Made by a program: the position numbers and the translations under genes. 24,289 nt of DNA from positions 1-24,289 of IMG/VR virus record IMGVR_UViG_3300028602_001425. One strand, written 5' to 3'. Below are positions 22,532 through 24,289 of this stretch, piece after piece. Each line of letters starts with the position of its first letter. The stretch's first letter is position 1. The notes beneath the pieces are model-generated. The model searched no databases. It saw only the letters and a list, made by a program, of their open reading frames with translations, and was not told the origin of the DNA. Origin of the DNA: a virus.

Positions 22532-22816
22532 ATGAAAAAACCTATCCTAAAAACACTGTCGGGGAATCCAATCGAAAAACAATTAGTCTTTAATTTCCTC
22601 CCCCTTGAAAACGGGGCAAAAGGGGCACTTGACCACATTGAAAAAACTATAAATGTGTCGAAAGTTCCAAATCAAAAAACAGTATTTAACGTTGAAATTA
22701 ACTATGAATGTCCCCCACAAGTTGATTGCATCATTTCAGCTTATTTGATGCTGTGGGATGACGTGAAAAGCCTTACATGGTGCGGGACAAGAATATTCCC
22801 ACGAGAAGAATTTTAA
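22532..22816 (+). CDS. Hypothetical protein (94 aa)
   Basis: ORF track; GGAGCCA leader. Confidence 0.7.
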   Translation: MKKPILKTLSGNPIEKQLVFNFLPLENGAKGALDHIEKTINVSKVPNQKTVFNVEINYECPPQVDCIISAYLMLWDDVKSLTWCGTRIFPREEF

Positions 22817-22838
22817 GAAAGTTCAACGGAGCCAAACA

Positions 22839-23009
22839 ATGTCAGACGAAGAAATGAGTTATGAAGATAGATTATTAGCTGCTTTTGAATCGAATGCAAA
22901 GTATCTTCAGAGTATCGCGGAATCCCTTAAAATTCTGGCAGCTAAGCCAGTCCCAGGAATAACCCTTGAAGTGTCTCCTGAACTCCTCGATCAACAGGAG
23001 GAGGTTTGA
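22839..23009 (+). CDS. Hypothetical acidic helical protein (56 aa)
   Basis: MSDEEMSYEDRLLAAFESNAKYLQSIAESLKILAAKPVPGITLEVSPELLDQQEEV; GGAGCCA leader; TGATG coupling to the next gene. Missed by the ORF track. Confidence 0.65.
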   Translation: MSDEEMSYEDRLLAAFESNAKYLQSIAESLKILAAKPVPGITLEVSPELLDQQEEV

Positions 23010-23155
23010 TGGCAGGATATAATCAAGCAGCTGCGGTAGATGCTCTTATGGCAGCGGACGAGACCGAAAAGAGGTTTTGTGGTTTTTGTGGGAAACCGTT
23101 CGACGTCGAGATTGAGAGCGGGGAAAGTAACTGTCCAGAGTGCAGGGAGGACTAA
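23009..23155 (+). CDS. Zinc-ribbon microprotein (48 aa), CxxC...CPxC
   Basis: ...KRFCGFCGKPFDVEIESGESNCPECRED; AGGAGGAGGT RBS. Missed by the ORF track. Confidence 0.7.
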   Translation: MAGYNQAAAVDALMAADETEKRFCGFCGKPFDVEIESGESNCPECRED

Positions 23156-23157
23156 AT

Positions 23158-23601
23158 ATGACCCCTGAAGAAATCAATACCAGGATGAATATCTTGTTAG
23201 GTCTTCGCGGATTTTCAATTGTGAAATTGACCGACAAAACCGCCATGTGGCGGCTGCTTTCAGATGATGAGTTAATCTTAGATGTCACATTCCCTCCAAA
23301 ATTGTGGGAAGTCAAGCACAAGGGGAAATCATGTGGAATTGAAAGCGGAGAAATTCCCGGCCCTACAAAAAATATGATAGACGCGCTTATAGAGGACTTT
23401 GAGGCGGCATGTAATCAGGATGTTCATCCCTCCGAGAACTCTGAAGAATATCAAATTGAGTCCTTTGAAGAGCCCGAAGAATATCCTGAGGATGAGACGC
23501 CGAGCAGGATAAAACTGAGTGATGAAGATCTTATCAAAAAACTTGATGAGATTATTTTGAACCCCGGACCAGCAGATAAAACTTTGTGGGTGAAATTATG
23601 A
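23158..23601 (+). CDS. Hypothetical protein (147 aa) with acidic linker
   Basis: Start moved to ATG 23158 (GGAGG RBS). Confidence 0.7.
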   Translation: MTPEEINTRMNILLGLRGFSIVKLTDKTAMWRLLSDDELILDVTFPPKLWEVKHKGKSCGIESGEIPGPTKNMIDALIEDFEAACNQDVHPSENSEEYQIESFEEPEEYPEDETPSRIKLSDEDLIKKLDEIILNPGPADKTLWVKL

Positions 23602-23948
23602 CCCCGGTATGCATGATTGAAGTACATGACGGGCTCCTTGTATCAGAGGACAAAGTGATGATGAAAGCCCGGTGCCCTGAACTGTTCCCGGCAAACATAC
23701 AGGCATATTTCCAAGACAAGGAAAAGATAAGCTCAAAAAAAATTGATTTTGGGATTCATAAGGTACGAGTATGCACGGAATCAAGGCGGGCTGTGTATGA
23801 TACAAAATTGATTTTGTATGTAAAGTCATTGGGAAAAATTGAGTATTACCTCTCAAACGTGAAGCTGCCTTGCGAGGAAGGGGAATATTACACACTCTTT
23901 GCGAAATATAAGTATGGGTGGTGTGTGGTTGCGCCGTTGGATGGGTGA
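23598..23948 (+). CDS. Hypothetical protein (116 aa)
   Basis: ATGA overlap at 23598-23601. Confidence 0.65.
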   Translation: MTPVCMIEVHDGLLVSEDKVMMKARCPELFPANIQAYFQDKEKISSKKIDFGIHKVRVCTESRRAVYDTKLILYVKSLGKIEYYLSNVKLPCEEGEYYTLFAKYKYGWCVVAPLDG

Positions 23949-24150
23949 CAAGGTGGCTACAGATAACCAATACAGCACCCCTCTCCTTGCATGTGATCCC
24001 AAAATCAGAGGGACTGCAATTTGTCACACTGATGGAAAATGTTCTCAGTGTGTGTTTGCGCAGAAATATGAAAATCCCGAAGAAGTCCCTTTATTTTTTC
24101 AAGAGTTAATTAAACGTGCAAAGGAGGCTGAAAAACGTGAAACTCACTGA
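23941..24150 (+). CDS. Cys-containing hypothetical protein (69 aa)
   Basis: ATG 23941 overlaps the previous stop; C...CH...CxxC. Confidence 0.6.
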   Translation: MGDKVATDNQYSTPLLACDPKIRGTAICHTDGKCSQCVFAQKYENPEEVPLFFQELIKRAKEAEKRETH

Positions 24151-24265
24151 AAAAGAGCGCGCCCGATGGGAAGCCTTCAAAAAAACATATTCACGAGACA
24201 AAACAAAGATCGAAAGAGTCAAAAAAATAATTGAAAAGTCAGCGGCAGGACAGGGGGCTTATTAA
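24137..24265 (+). CDS. Small basic protein (42 aa)
   Basis: GTG start with AAGGAGG RBS: MKLTEKERARWEAFKKTYSRDKTKIERVKKIIEKSAAGQGAY. Confidence 0.55.
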   Translation: MKLTEKERARWEAFKKTYSRDKTKIERVKKIIEKSAAGQGAY

Positions 24266-24289
24266 GTGGCTAAAAATGATTATTCTCAA

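Larger units (their letters stand above)
1..24289. mobile_element. Segment of an archaeal head-tail virus/provirus (siphovirus-like), probable Methanosarcina host; boundaries lie outside the window
   Basis: Canonical gene order protease-scaffold, cement, MCP, neck, tail tube, chaperones, tape measure, Dit, hub, spike; followed by small-gene accessory and early regions; archaeal TATA boxes and GGAGG/AGGTG ribosome-binding sites. Confidence 0.95.

Noticed and set aside
18110-24109. Track ORFs 18110-18352, 18848-19075, 18954-19187, 19323-19544, 19709-19906, 23046-23321, 23596-24027, 23918-24109
   Set aside because: Each conflicts with better-supported RBS-led, coupled genes on the other strand or frame.
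1-24289. Pseudomurein endoisopeptidase, terminase, portal, integrase
   Set aside because: No matching motifs; the latter three are presumably outside the window.
24276-24289. ORF starting at ATG 24276
   Set aside because: Only 14 nt visible at the window edge.

Overview
The window is a 24.3 kb piece of an archaeal tailed (siphovirus-like, Caudoviricetes) virus or provirus, most likely infecting Methanosarcina. Host evidence: a DUF1699 gene, two disaggregatase-like beta-helix domains, TATA/BRE promoters, and no TAG stops among 42 called ORFs. Bases 681-16647 (+) hold a complete late morphogenesis operon: protease-scaffold, cement protein, HK97-fold major capsid protein, neck genes, tail tube, frameshifted tail chaperones, tape measure, a 1605-aa multi-domain Dit, hub and beta-helix tail spike. 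Bases 16.7-22.1 kb are an accessory region of small, mostly minus-strand genes organised in direct-repeat-flanked cassettes. It also carries a free-standing disaggregatase-like enzyme and a ribbon-helix-helix regulator at a divergent promoter. Bases 22.2-24.3 kb (+) are an early-type operon of small genes. Terminase, portal, integrase and replication genes are not in the window. Four observations stand out. (1) An antisense accessory gene is a paralog of the virus's own tail tube protein lacking the polymerisation loop, a candidate dominant-negative tail-assembly blocker. (2) There is a virion-bound and a soluble disaggregatase-like domain, a candidate methanochondroitin entry/exit system. (3) Two tandem hairpin + tRNA-like minihelix RNA units show compensatory changes. 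(4) The scaffold carries seven herpes-assemblin-type [VIL]-x-A-S sites. All family assignments come from motif recognition by eye; no database search was run.
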